Positions 22,827 through 34,920 of a stretch of 64,000 nucleotides of DNA are shown here, in pieces. Position 1 is the first letter of the stretch. Each line of letters starts with the position of its first letter. The DNA comes from Ascoidea asiatica JCM 7603 (Eukaryota; Fungi; Ascomycota). The stretch is from assembly GCA_001600695.1 (NCBI GenBank), contig BCKQ01000024.1:55793-119792 (forward strand), read 5' to 3'. The translations under genes were made by a program, and so were the position numbers. The notes beneath the pieces were generated by a model. It was not told the DNA's origin. It did not search any database and saw nothing but the letters and a program-made list of their open reading frames with translations.

Positions 22827-24320
22827 TTATAAATATGTTGAATCAATAAATGAATAATCACTACTAAATACTTTTTTAACTGTATATGATGAAACATCTG
22901 TTAAAATTGTATCATATCCACCTGAGGTTCTACCACTTTCACTATATCCATCTCCTGATGATCCATATTCTGCCATTACTGTTGTACCTGAAACATATCT
23001 ACTTGGACTCCAATCTTTATATCCTGCTTCATTAATCATTGAACACATTTCACAATTCATAAATATTGATCTATGATATTCATCCCATGGTCTACCAAGA
23101 TAACAATCTCCTTCTTTTGAATTACCAATAGTTGTATTTGCTGCAACTAAATCACTATTATTAATATAAACTCCATTTAATGTATTATCTAATGTATCTA
23201 AATCAGAATTTTTCCATGCTGTTATACCACCACCACATGATCTTAAAATTAATTGAGATTTTTCAACCCATAATGTACCATATCCATAAAGAAAATCTGT
23301 TTGTCCTGCAATATTACTATTATAAACATAAACATAAGCATCTGATCCTGCATAAAATGTATCTTGATATGAATAAAATCCACAATAATAAAATGATGCA
23401 TATGCTGATTGAATTGAAATTGCATGTGCTGGTGCAATTCCATAATCATATTCATTATTAACTAAATCAATATTATATAATTTAATATCACCACTTGAAA
23501 CATTTTCAATAATTAATGGTGCTGTTAAAAGATTTGAAATTGTACTACCAATATTTGCTTTATCATATCTAATTTTAACTAAATTTGAATTTTGATCTGT
23601 TGGTGAATTGGTTTGTCCTAAAATTATAATATTTGGATAATTAATTGTTACTTGTTCTTCATAAGTTCCTGAAACAATTAAAATAGTACCTCCATTTGAT
23701 CCAATTGCTGCAATTGCTGCTGATAATGTGGTAAATTTTGTTGATGTACTACTTGATAATGATGAATCAACTAAATATGTACCTGATGAACATCCTGTTA
23801 ATGGATCTGTTGTAACTGCTTGACATGATGCATATGAACTAGCAGATGTAGATGTTGTTGAAGCTACTTCAACTGTTGAATCTTCTGTAGATTCAGAACT
23901 TGTACTTGATGCTGTTGTATCTGCAGATTCAGATTCTACTACTACTGCTGCTACTGTTGAAGATTCAACTATGCTTTCCATAGTTGTTGATTCAGAATCA
24001 TAAACTATAGCAGTTGATGATGATGCAATTGTTGTTGAATCGGCTACTGTTTCAACAGAAGAAATAGAACTTGATTTACTTTTTGCTACTAAAGTAGTTG
24101 TAGCAGAATCTGCAGTTGAAACAGAATTTGAATCATCAGAACCTTCAACACATTGAGAATAATAATCATTTATTTTGGTACATGTACCAGTTGTACAACA
24201 AGTTGAACCTGACCAATTTAAACCACCACATTGATAATATAAAGCAACACAACTTGATTCAGCAATTGTATTAACAGTTAATGCTGAAATAACTAATAAC
24301 AAAATTGAACTCTTTAACAT
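22827..24320 (-). CDS. Secreted pectin methylesterase (CE8) with N-terminal CBM1 cellulose-binding module and Ser/Thr linker
   Basis: Signal peptide; CBM1 [28 protein letters not shown]; CE8 motifs GTYEE, YQDT, DFLYG, YLGRPW, AEYGSSG.G. Confidence 0.92.
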   Translation of the reverse strand: MLKSSILLLVISALTVNTIAESSCVALYYQCGGLNWSGSTCCTTGTCTKINDYYSQCVEGSDDSNSVSTADSATTTLVAKSKSSSISSVETVADSTTIASSSTAIVYDSESTTMESIVESSTVAAVVVESESADTTASSTSSESTEDSTVEVASTTSTSASSYASCQAVTTDPLTGCSSGTYLVDSSLSSSTSTKFTTLSAAIAAIGSNGGTILIVSGTYEEQVTINYPNIIILGQTNSPTDQNSNLVKIRYDKANIGSTISNLLTAPLIIENVSSGDIKLYNIDLVNNEYDYGIAPAHAISIQSAYASFYYCGFYSYQDTFYAGSDAYVYVYNSNIAGQTDFLYGYGTLWVEKSQLILRSCGGGITAWKNSDLDTLDNTLNGVYINNSDLVAANTTIGNSKEGDCYLGRPWDEYHRSIFMNCEMCSMINEAGYKDWSPSRYVSGTTVMAEYGSSGDGYSESGRTSGGYDTILTDVSSYTVKKVFSSDYSFIDSTYL

Positions 24321-25087
24321 TTTTAAGCTAATTCAATTAAGAAAACTAAGAAAATTAGAAATGAAAAGTATTATGGATTTAAAGGATTGACTGAATTTTT
24401 TTCTTTTATTTTTCTTTCTTAAATAAACCGAATTTTATGAGAAGTTTAATAATTAATTTATTTAACTCGAAATTATTGATGAGAAAATAAAATTTTAATA
24501 AAATGAAAAACATATTCACAATAATTTGGAAGATAATCACTTGAATTTATATTGAATTTTAATTTTAATTTCCCAGATTATATTTATTAATGTGAAATCT
24601 TTTGAAACAAAGAGATTTATTCATCAGGGTTCTCTTAATACCATAATAAGCTAAAAATGTTCTTTTTCCAGTTAATTCGAATAAATGTATTAACAATGAT
24701 TTGAAAATTATTGACACACTTAAATTTATTAATAATATTGATCTACAGTTATTATCGGGAAAATTTTTGTTTCATTGGAAAATTATTACGGTAACTCTCT
24801 TTTTATCCAAAATATATTAAAGATCGTTTGAAAGTCAAAACATTTTGATAACTTTATAGAAAATCCAATCCAAGGCTTAAAAGAATATTATTGGTTTGGA
24901 TTTCTCTCATACAAATTTAATAAAGGTATTTTTTTTTAATAATAAAATCAATATATTCTGTCTATAAAAAAAAACTGGGATCGTGATTAATTCTATATAT
25001 AAAAAAAAAAAAAATAAAAAAAAACACAAAGAATTGTTCAAAAAAGTTAATTAGAAAAAGCCACTTTGAATTCTTAGATGTTTTAAG

Positions 25088-26815
25088 TCAAAATAAGTTT
25101 TTATATTCTCTTAATATAACAGGAACAGATGAAGGAGGTAAAGAACCAACTTCAGTTATAATTTTATTTATATATTCGGGAGGTGTTAAGTCATACATGA
25201 TATTTAAAATATTTAAATTTGGAATTTTCTTATAATTTTTCAAAGGATCAAAATTTTCATCATTTAATTCTTGTTCTTTTTCATTTTGTTCTCGTTTCTG
25301 TTTCTTTTTCTGTTCTTGTTGTAATTGTTGTTTACTTTTTTCTCCACCTTTAGATTTATTCAATTTATTATTATTAGTATTATTATTTGGAGAATTTGAT
25401 TGTTTTTTAGTTTTAAGATAATATTCGAGTGCATAATTTTTTTTTTTTGGATATGAGGTATAAGAAGTTTTATCATTTAATAAGTAATCATTATCATTTA
25501 ATTCATTTTGAGTTAAAGAATCTAATAAAATTTTATCAGTAAATTTCACAGATTCACAACAAACTAAAATTGGTATTTGTCTTTTATGAGCTAACATTGA
25601 GACCATTGCAGTTCCAACTCTTGAATAAAGTCTACCATTTGATAACATACCATGAGCACCTAAAAATAAACTTGAGATTTTTTTATTATTTTCTAAGATA
25701 TATGATAAAGAATTTATAAAAATATATTTACAATTTTTTTCTGGAAAACCATTATTAATTAAATCTTTTAATAAAGTTTTACCTTCAAATAAAGGTCTTG
25801 AATCAACAATTGTAATATTAAAATTTTTTTTTTGAATTTTATTACAATATAAAAATAATTTTTTTAAAACATTTGAATTACCATAAGTTAAAATTTCTGA
25901 ATGATTTAAAATATGTTCAGAAGCTTTATTAATTATTATAGTTTGAGGAACTTCAAATTTTTCTTGAATATAAGTATCAATTTTTTCACATAAATTAATT
26001 TTAATTTTTTCATCATTTTTTAAATTTATATCAATTGTTGAAATTTCTTGTTTAAGCCAACGAATTGAATTACCCATTGTTATTGATAAAGGTCTTGAAG
26101 TTGTTAAAAATTCAATTTGATAAGATAAATATTGAGTTAAATTTCTTGATAATATTGAATCAATTGGAGTTTTATAATCCATTATTATAATTTTAAAAGT
26201 TTTAAGCATTGCTAAACAACGATTTGTTGAACCAATAATTTTAAAATTTGAATAATTTAAAGATAAAGTTATAATTGAATGATGAATAATATTATTTAAA
26301 ATATTCAGAGAAGATCTTTCATTTCTTTGTTCTTTTGTTGATAAATGAGAAAATAAAGGTATAATTTTATTTGTAATTTGATTATTTGAATTAATTAAAT
26401 TATTATTATTATTTGAACTTGATAATATTGAAATATTATTAATTTGTTTTTTAATTTGTTTTGAAGATGGTTTTAAATTTGAATTTGAATTTATTGAATT
26501 TTCACTTGAAATTCTTTGTTTTGATTGAATTATTGTAATTCCAGCATCTTTTAAATCTTTTTGAGTTTGTTCTTTTTTTGCAGCTCTTTTTGCAGCTTTT
26601 TCTTTTTTTTTTAATTCTTTTAATTCTTTATTTGATAGTTTTTTATTAGTACTTGAAACTTCATTAGATTCAACTTTTTTTGATTCACTAGCTGTTGTTA
26701 CAGCGGTTGTTGTTGTTGATGGTGGTGAAGATTGATTTTGATCCATTTTTGAATTTGAATCCTTTCCTGGTTTGGAAGTGGCTATCACTGCAGGGTTTGA
26801 AGTAGACGTGACCAT
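25088..26815 (-). CDS. GCD2: eIF2B delta subunit
   Basis: ATG at 26815; KKKEKAAKRA, LFSHL, GSTNRCLAML, RPLSITMGNSIRWLK, VDSRPLFEG, YSRVGTA, YDLTPPEYI..EVGSLPPSSVPVILRE. Confidence 0.95.
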   Translation of the reverse strand: MVTSTSNPAVIATSKPGKDSNSKMDQNQSSPPSTTTTAVTTASESKKVESNEVSSTNKKLSNKELKELKKKEKAAKRAAKKEQTQKDLKDAGITIIQSKQRISSENSINSNSNLKPSSKQIKKQINNISILSSSNNNNNLINSNNQITNKIIPLFSHLSTKEQRNERSSLNILNNIIHHSIITLSLNYSNFKIIGSTNRCLAMLKTFKIIIMDYKTPIDSILSRNLTQYLSYQIEFLTTSRPLSITMGNSIRWLKQEISTIDINLKNDEKIKINLCEKIDTYIQEKFEVPQTIIINKASEHILNHSEILTYGNSNVLKKLFLYCNKIQKKNFNITIVDSRPLFEGKTLLKDLINNGFPEKNCKYIFINSLSYILENNKKISSLFLGAHGMLSNGRLYSRVGTAMVSMLAHKRQIPILVCCESVKFTDKILLDSLTQNELNDNDYLLNDKTSYTSYPKKKNYALEYYLKTKKQSNSPNNNTNNNKLNKSKGGEKSKQQLQQEQKKKQKREQNEKEQELNDENFDPLKNYKKIPNLNILNIMYDLTPPEYINKIITEVGSLPPSSVPVILREYKNLF

Positions 26816-27168
26816 CTTTTTGAAATTCAATAATTCAAACGAGAGATATATGAATAATCTATATAATTTGAGATTATTTTACTTCTATAATCACTTCTGT
26901 ATCTATATCTATATCTATATCTATATCTATATCAATATCAATCTCTATATTTATATCAGTATCTAATTATGATATCAAATAACTCAAAGCGCAATCTCTG
27001 AAATATTTTAAAATGATTCACACTTCGCCAGCGCCAGGCTCCCTCCGGTCCCTCCCCTCGGATATTAAAACAGAACGTGATCACGCTTTTTTATTTTAAA
27101 GTTTCCGGCCTTCTTTCCTCTTTCGGATTCTCTGCTTCTTCTGCTTCTTCTGCTGTTTGTGCTGTTTC

Positions 27169-27175
27169 TGAGTCA
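27169..27175. promoter_or_regulatory. Gcn4 site TGAGTCA upstream of GCD2
   Basis: Exact TGA(C/G)TCA about 350 bp upstream of the ATG. Confidence 0.4.
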
Positions 27176-27383
27176 AGAAGAAGAAGAAACAAAGAAACTA
27201 ACATTGAAACAGTTAGTAAAAGAGCTACAATTGTTAGTGAGTCTACAGTTCTTCTTAGAGTAATAGTAATAGTAATAGTAATAGTAATAGTAATGGTTGT
27301 AGTATTGATAATCTAGAGTATTTACATGAATTTCATATTTTCTTATTAGTTTAATTATTAATTTGTAATTATAAATTTTATCA

Positions 27384-28778
27384 TTATTTCTTTGATTCAG
27401 ATTTAATTTCATTTTCATTTTCATTTTCATTTTCAATAGCATCTTTTGAATCATTTGAAGAATTAGAACTTAAAGAAGGTTTTCCATATTGAACAACATC
27501 AATTAATTCATCCATTAATGATAATGGTTTTTTATTTAAAATTTTTGAAATTTCTTCAAATTGTTGTAAAAATAATTTTATAACTTTCATTGAATTTTTA
27601 AAATTTTCATTACCATTTAATTTATTAACTTTATTATCAAATTTTGGTAATAAATTATTATTAATTTCATTATAATAAATTTTTAAAAGATTATAAAAAA
27701 TTTGATTATTTAAATAAAAATTATTTAAAATTCCAATTTTTTTAAATTTTATTAAATTTTTTAAATCTTTATTTGATTTAATTTTATTTGATTTAATTTT
27801 ATTTGATTTAATTTTATTTGTTTTAGAATATGAATTATATAATTTTTTTTTTAAATTTTTACAATTTAATTTTGGTATAAGTAAATTAATTTCATTAATA
27901 ATTAATTCTTTTAATTGTAATGTTGGTACTGATGATAAATTTTTATATTTTATTGTAATAAATTTTGATAAAATTGATAATCTTGATAAAATTATAATAT
28001 TTGAATTTTTATTAACAATTGAATTATTTAATGGTTTTAAATAATCTTTTTTAATAAAATTAAATAATGGTTTTGATTTGGTAAATGAATCTGATAATTT
28101 TGAAATTTTTAAATAATAATTTAAAAAATAAATTAAAGAAATATTTTGATCATTTAAAATTTTTTTAAAATTTAATTTATTTGAATATAAAAATGTTAAA
28201 GAATGTGATAATTTATTAAAATAACATGATTTAATTAAAAAATTATTAATTTGATTATAATTTAAAAAATTTGGAAATTTTTTATTAAATTTTAAAAAAT
28301 AATCTCTAATTTTCATATATGATTCAAAATCATTTTCACAATTTATTATATAATCATTTAATAAATTTGATGATGGTAAACCTTTAAAAATTTTTGGTTC
28401 AAATATTTTTTCTTGAGATTTTTCATAATCATCTAAATGAAGATATTTATCTCTTAATAAATGTGCATTTGATGGTCTATAAACTAATAATTTATCTTTT
28501 TTAGTTGTATATAAATAATCTAAAACTCCATCTAATCTTTCTGAAATTTCTATTGTTGATTGATTTTTATCTTCATTTTGCAATTCATTTTCATTTTCAT
28601 TTTGTAATTGACCTTGTAATTGACTTTGAAGATATAATTGTGATTGACTTGGAGTTTGACTTGGAGTTTGAGATTGAACTTGTGGATATTGAATAATTGA
28701 AAATGAATTAAAAGATCTATAATTCTTGAATCCAGACAATGAAGTCTTTGTTAAAGTAGCTAACGAAGATTTGAACAT
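27384..28778 (-). CDS. MRP13: Mitochondrial small ribosomal subunit protein mS44
   Basis: Presequence; RLDGVLDYL..LLVYRPSNAHLL and LLNDYI resemble Mrp13 (YRPKNAQILL, LNDFI) as recalled; adjacent to GCD2 as in S. cerevisiae. Confidence 0.75.
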   Translation of the reverse strand: MFKSSLATLTKTSLSGFKNYRSFNSFSIIQYPQVQSQTPSQTPSQSQLYLQSQLQGQLQNENENELQNEDKNQSTIEISERLDGVLDYLYTTKKDKLLVYRPSNAHLLRDKYLHLDDYEKSQEKIFEPKIFKGLPSSNLLNDYIINCENDFESYMKIRDYFLKFNKKFPNFLNYNQINNFLIKSCYFNKLSHSLTFLYSNKLNFKKILNDQNISLIYFLNYYLKISKLSDSFTKSKPLFNFIKKDYLKPLNNSIVNKNSNIIILSRLSILSKFITIKYKNLSSVPTLQLKELIINEINLLIPKLNCKNLKKKLYNSYSKTNKIKSNKIKSNKIKSNKDLKNLIKFKKIGILNNFYLNNQIFYNLLKIYYNEINNNLLPKFDNKVNKLNGNENFKNSMKVIKLFLQQFEEISKILNKKPLSLMDELIDVVQYGKPSLSSNSSNDSKDAIENENENENEIKSESKK

Positions 28779-29198
28779 ATTGGAACTGTATCACTGACAG
28801 AACTCACTCTTTATAACAAGTTACAAATCCAATTCTGAAATAATAAAAACCACAATCAACGTTGTATCTACTCAATATCACAATCACCAAATGAACCACC
28901 AGCACCACCTTTATTTATTTATTTATTTATCTATTTCTTTCTTTCTTTCTTTCTTTCATTTTCCTTCTCCGTTCAAAATTCTCACATTTTTAAAATTTCA
29001 GCCAGCTCACGTGATCGCCGACATTTTTCAAAAATTCACAGTGAAGAAATGAAAAAAAAAAAAATACGTTAAAAAACGAGCCTTTGAAAAATGGAAATGG
29101 ATCGATCTATCAGACTGAAATCGAAAAATATTGAAATTATTCCAAAAGACATTTATTGAATTTATCTAATTTTAATATATTGTATATAACCATTATAA

Positions 29199-30071
29199 AT
29201 GAACAGAGGAATATCAAAGTCAAGAGGCAGTTACAATAAAGAAAGGTCCCGGCACTCGACCGGAAAACCCTTCAGAAGCCAGGATAGAAATTACCATAAT
29301 AGCCACAGCAATAATAATAACAATAATATTTATAATAATAGTAGATATAATTCTAAACAGAGAATACAGTCTTCAAATAAAGATTCAAATGTGAATATGG
29401 ATAATATTACTGATAGTGAAGATGATCAAATAGAACTTAAAAATGATTCATTTCAACCTTCTGATAATGATTCTGACAGTGCTCCAGAAGAAGAATCAAA
29501 TACTATTCAAAAAAAGAAAAAAAGTAAACATGCTCCTTCAAGTCAATCTTCTAAAAGTAAAGTTTCTTTAATTAGAGATATACCTGGTTTATTAGAAAAT
29601 ACAAAATATGCTTCATCTTCTTTAAATACTACTGATATAAGATTTAATAGAGTTTATGGTGCTCCAAATTATAAACAAGCAAGAAATAATTATAAATTTT
29701 TAGATGATTATCGTGAAAATGAAATGAATGAATTAAATTCAATTTTAAAAAATAAAAAATTAACAAAAAAATTAGATCAATTTGAAATTCAAAATTATAA
29801 AACTTCTTTAGAAAAATTAACTTCAAAAAAAAATGAATTAAAAAATAAAGATACTGAATTAAAAATAATTTCTGAAGTTAAAAAAGATAATTGGAATAAA
29901 ATTAAATCTGGTGATTCAAAAGGATTTTTTATGAAAAAAAGTGATCAAAAAAAATTAATTCAAATTAAAAAATTCGAATCTTTAAAAGCTAGTCAAAGAG
30001 AAAAAGTAATGGAAAGAAAAAGAAAGAGAAAATTAGGTCAAGAATATAAAAAATTAGCTTTCTTAAATTGA
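29199..30071 (+). CDS. RRP36: rRNA biogenesis protein Rrp36
   Basis: SKHAP..SSK.KVS.IRDIPGL, DIRF, NYKFLDDYRENE, FFMKKSDQKKL, ERKRKRKLGQE. Confidence 0.93.
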   Translation: MNRGISKSRGSYNKERSRHSTGKPFRSQDRNYHNSHSNNNNNNIYNNSRYNSKQRIQSSNKDSNVNMDNITDSEDDQIELKNDSFQPSDNDSDSAPEEESNTIQKKKKSKHAPSSQSSKSKVSLIRDIPGLLENTKYASSSLNTTDIRFNRVYGAPNYKQARNNYKFLDDYRENEMNELNSILKNKKLTKKLDQFEIQNYKTSLEKLTSKKNELKNKDTELKIISEVKKDNWNKIKSGDSKGFFMKKSDQKKLIQIKKFESLKASQREKVMERKRKRKLGQEYKKLAFLN

Positions 30072-30483
30072 TTTCAATTGAATCAAGTTTAACTCATCTC
30101 AATTTCTTTAACTGTATTATTAACTAAAATTCTTCATTAATAAATCATTAGTAGTGAATCAGTAATTTTTATAATAGTTCTTATAAAATATAATTGTTTA
30201 TTTGTTCAAATTTTCTCATCAAGAACGTACGCTTTACCTTTAATGAAAAATGTTGTTTGTTGATCTTAGGAATAAATGATTTGGTTGATATACTGTATAT
30301 ATCTATATATAAAGAGAGAATATATATATAATTTATAATATAAGATATAAAATATAGAAAAGAAATATAAAAATACCAGAATATAAAATAGAAATGACTG
30401 AAGTGAGTGTAAAACTAGCTATTAATTTCATAAAGAATTAATATAGGAGATTATAGAAGTAAAAAAATATATATAATAAATTA

Positions 30484-30864
30484 TCATCTATGTCTAGACT
30501 TATGATGATTATGACTAGATTTTTTTGATTTATGATATTTATTTTTTTTTATTTTATCTTTATTCTTATTTTCATATTTAGAATTTTCAACAATTTGATT
30601 TCTATTTTTTAAAGAATATCTTCTTCTTGCAGATATTATTAAATTTGAATCATTATTTTGATTATTTGAATTTTTAGTTCTAAAAGCTGATAATGGAACT
30701 TTTTTATTATATTTTGGATTTCCAATAATATCTGACCAAATAAAATTACTTTCTTCAGTATCATCAACTTCACTCATATTAAAAAGATCTTCTAAATCAA
30801 ATTCAGATTTTTTTATAATATTTGTTTCATTTATATCCAAATCTAAATTTAAATCACTATTTAA

Positions 30865-30897
<33 letters not shown>

Positions 30898-31552
30898 TAA
30901 ATTACTACTATTTTTTGTAATATTATCAATTTCATCAAGTAATGAAGCATTATCTAAAATTGATAAATTTCCAACAGTTAATGAATTCATATCACCATTT
31001 GTATTTAAGTTAAAATCTGTATTATAACTTGAGAATGATTTTAATCTTTTATTAATTCTATTGTTATTAATATTATTATTATTATTATTATTATTGCTGT
31101 TATTAATATTATTATTATTGAATAAATGATAATTAATATTATTTAAATTTGAATCATTATGTAATTCATTTAAACTTTGAGCGAATTTATTAAATACAAT
31201 AATTGATCTTGTTGTTAAACCATCTAAAATATCATAAGGTTTTGAAATATCTGGAGTCCAAGTTGCTAATATTGGTGGTCTACCTGTTAAATTTGAAGAT
31301 ATAACTTCTTTAATAGTTTTAGAACCAATTTTTTTAGTTGAAGCTTTTGGTAATTGTTCATCAATATCAGTTGAATCACTATTATCATCTAAATTTTCTA
31401 AATCATCATCATCATTATAATATGGAAATTCATCTGCATAAACAAAACCTAAATCATTAATATTTGTTTTTTCATTAAAATTTTCATTTTTTTTTGAATG
31501 AAAACTAAATTTTCTATTAGAATTTTTAATTTTGTTTTTATTTTTACTATTC

Positions 31553-31599
<47 letters not shown>

Positions 31600-33699
31600 T
31601 AAGTTTGAATTTGATTCTGAGTCTGAGTTTGAACTAGAACTTGATTCAGATTCAGATTCCGAAGAAAAAACAGATTCATATTGTTTTGGTTTATCAATTT
31701 TAGATTTGTTATTTGATTTATTTTTATCAGAAGATGAATTAAATCTTATTTTTTTATCATTTTTACCAATTTTATCAATTTTATCAATTTTAACTTTTTT
31801 ATCCAGAATTGAATCAGTTTCTGAATTTGAATCGGAGTCTGAATTTGAATCAGAATTGGAGTTAGAATCTGAATCAGAATTTGAGTCTGAATCAGAATTA
31901 GAATTAGAATCAGAATTAAAACTTGAATTAGAATTCATTAGGGATTGATTTGAATTTTGATTAGAACCAGACAGAGAATCAGAATCAGAATCAGAATCAG
32001 CACCAGAAATAAGATAAGGTAATAAAAAACTATCATCATCATCATCATCATCATCATTATTATTATTAATTTTAAGATATTTTGAATTAAAATTTTGAAT
32101 TGAATTTGGAATAGTTTTATTTGAAGTATGAGTTGAATTTGAAGATCTTTTTTTATTTTTATTTTTATTTTTTTTATTATTATGTTTATTATTGTGGTTG
32201 TTATTGTTATTGTGATTGTGTTTGTGATTATGATGATGTTTTTTATGATCTTTAGTTATTTTCTTTGAAGATTTTAATTTATCATTTAATTTTTTTTTCT
32301 TATTATTTTTGTTATTATTATCAGACTCATCATCATCATCATCATCATCATTATCATCATCTTCGAATTTAATAACTTCATTATCAGAATCATCATTTAA
32401 TAAATTTTTATTTTTTAAAATTTTTTTATCATTAAAATGATTTGATCTTAATTGATTTAAAATTCTATTTCTATTAACAACATCTTCAACATTTTCAATA
32501 ATTGAACCTCTTGGTTTGATTCTATCTGGAATTATTAATGAATTTTTTCTTGATAATTTTTTTTTTAAATTATTAAAGTTATTATTTAATTTATTATTTT
32601 TATGAGAATTATCTTCTTCATTATCTTTTTCTTCATCTTTTTCGTCATCATCATCTTCATCTTCTTCGTCATCATCATTTTCATTGAAACCATCACTATC
32701 AAAGGCAAAATTATCATTATTGTTATTGGCGGTAAAATTATTTGAGTTAAAAATATTTGAATTATTATTTGAATTATTATTTAAAGATATATTATTAATA
32801 TCAAGATCAAATAATAATATATCATCAGTTTCATTTTGAATATCTTTAATTAATTGATTTGCTTCTTGATCAAGTAAAGATAATTCATTATCTAAAAAAG
32901 TTTGATTATAAGTATCATCATTATTTAAAGTTATATCATTATTATTATTAATAGTGTTATGTATATTATTAATATTTAAATTAAAGTTGTCATTGTTGTT
33001 GTAGTTATTATTGTTGTTATTATTGTTGTTGTTGTTATTATTATTATTATTATTTATATAATTATTTGTATAACCATCTAAATCAATATCATTTTGAATA
33101 GTTGATAGAAAAGCATCAGTATCAAAATCATCATTATCATCAGATAAATTATTTAAATTATTTGAATTATCAAAATCTATATCAAAATCTAAGAAATTTG
33201 AATCATTTATATTAGATTTATTATTATTATTATTATTATTATTGTTATAATTATCATCATCATCAGAATCTAAAATTTTAGGTACATTTAAGAAACTAAA
33301 ATTAGAAAATTGATCAGAATTAGTATTTATATTAGTATTAATATTAGTATGAGTATGAGTATGAGTATTTGAATTTGATTTTTTTATTGAATTTGAATTA
33401 GAAATTGAATTGGATGGAATATTTGATAAAGATATTGAAGATATATCTAAAGGATTTAAAGTTTTTATTGGAGTATTAATTTCTTCACCTAAATCTTCAT
33501 CAATAATATTAAATTTTAAAGAATTTGAAAATGAATTTGAAATTGAATTTAAGTTTGAATTATTTGAAGAAGACATTTTATTTAATACTTTAATTGGAGT
33601 ATTTAAAATTGGATTTGAAATTATATTTGAGTTTCTATTTGATTTATTATTATTATTATTGTTATTATTATTATTTAACTTAATCGGTATTGAAGACAT
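30484..33699 (-). CDS. IFH1: Ribosomal-protein gene coactivator Ifh1/Crf1 family
   Basis: Forkhead-binding region DSTDIDEQLP..KKIGSK..KEV, RPPILATW..KPYDILDGLTTRS, VPLSAFR; the rest is Asn/Asp/Ser low complexity. Confidence 0.82.
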
Positions 33700-33763
33700 T
33701 TGGAAAATATTCTTATATAATAAGTATTGATTGAAAGCAAGTAATTCATGAATAATTAATTAG

Positions 33764-33815
<52 letters not shown>
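33764..33815. repeat. (TTGA)n tetranucleotide microsatellite upstream of IFH1
   Basis: About 13 tandem TTGA units. Confidence 0.9.
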
Positions 33816-33817
<2 letters not shown>

Positions 33818-34373
33818 GAGTTAGTATAATATAAGAATATATAAATATATATATATATTTATTGAAATTAATAAATTAATAAATTGATAAATTGAGTAAA
33901 TTATTTCTTTAATTTCTTTGAGATATAATACAGATTAATCTTTGATTGAAATTATATATGGAATATATAATATAAATGAGATGAATAGGATAAGTTATAT
34001 AAATATAAATACAAATACATATGAGTTAGATATTTATTTATTTCAGGAGCTGAATATAATAGATAATAGATAAAGGTTGATAGAGATATAGATAGATAGA
34101 GTAAGTAGTAAGTATACTAGTAAGTAGCGTAGCAGGTAACTCTAGATCTTGCTATCCTTTATTTTATTTCCAGCAGTGAATCTTCCATCGCTATCCTTTT
34201 TCAGCTACACTGCACCACTACTCTGCTCTGCACTACCACAGTCTCTAAACTCGAACAACGATGAAATTTTTTTCACTGGGGTTGTTTGGCTGTGGCGAGT
34301 GTTGCTTTGTGTCTGCTTGCTCCAGCGTGGTTACGGCACTATGAGTAGTAGCAGTAGCAGTAGCAGTAGCATC

Positions 34374-34543
34374 TGCCACAGTTAACTTGCCACAGTTAAC
34401 CGAAGCAATAAGTAACCACTCCACGTGACCAGAGCAACACCAGAGCAATTTCCCTGCCCGATTTCCCTGCCCGAGGCTTGCCAAAAGGAAACGAACCAAA
34501 GAAGAAGTTGGATTCTTTTGTTTTTCCCTTTCTGCCACGTGAC
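34374..34543. promoter_or_regulatory. Two Met31/32-type sites plus two Cbf1 sites in the IFH1/SGF73 divergent promoter
   Basis: TGCCACAGTT (=AACTGTGGCA) at 34374 and 34388; CACGTGAC at 34422 and 34536. Confidence 0.55.
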
Positions 34544-34920
34544 GCTCTTTGTTGTTTTTGTGCAGTGCTCTCTCTCTGGCAGTAGGGTGTGGTGTGGTAC
34601 CGTTACAGTGGTTGCGCTGGTTGCTGGCTTCGAGTGCTCGTGCTCGCGGATTTCATTAAAAATTCCTGTTTTTCCCCGACTGAATATTTTTATTTTATTT
34701 TTATTATTTTTATTTTTAATTTATTATTATTAATAATTACTATTTACGTAGTGCCATAATAAAATACTGTAGAGATCCTTAACTTAACTTATGTATTATT
34801 TCACTAAATTACTTATTATAATATATCCATAATATATCCATAATATATATAAAATATATATTCAATCATATTATATAATAGTAATAATATTATATCATTT
34901 ATATATCATTTATATAAGAA

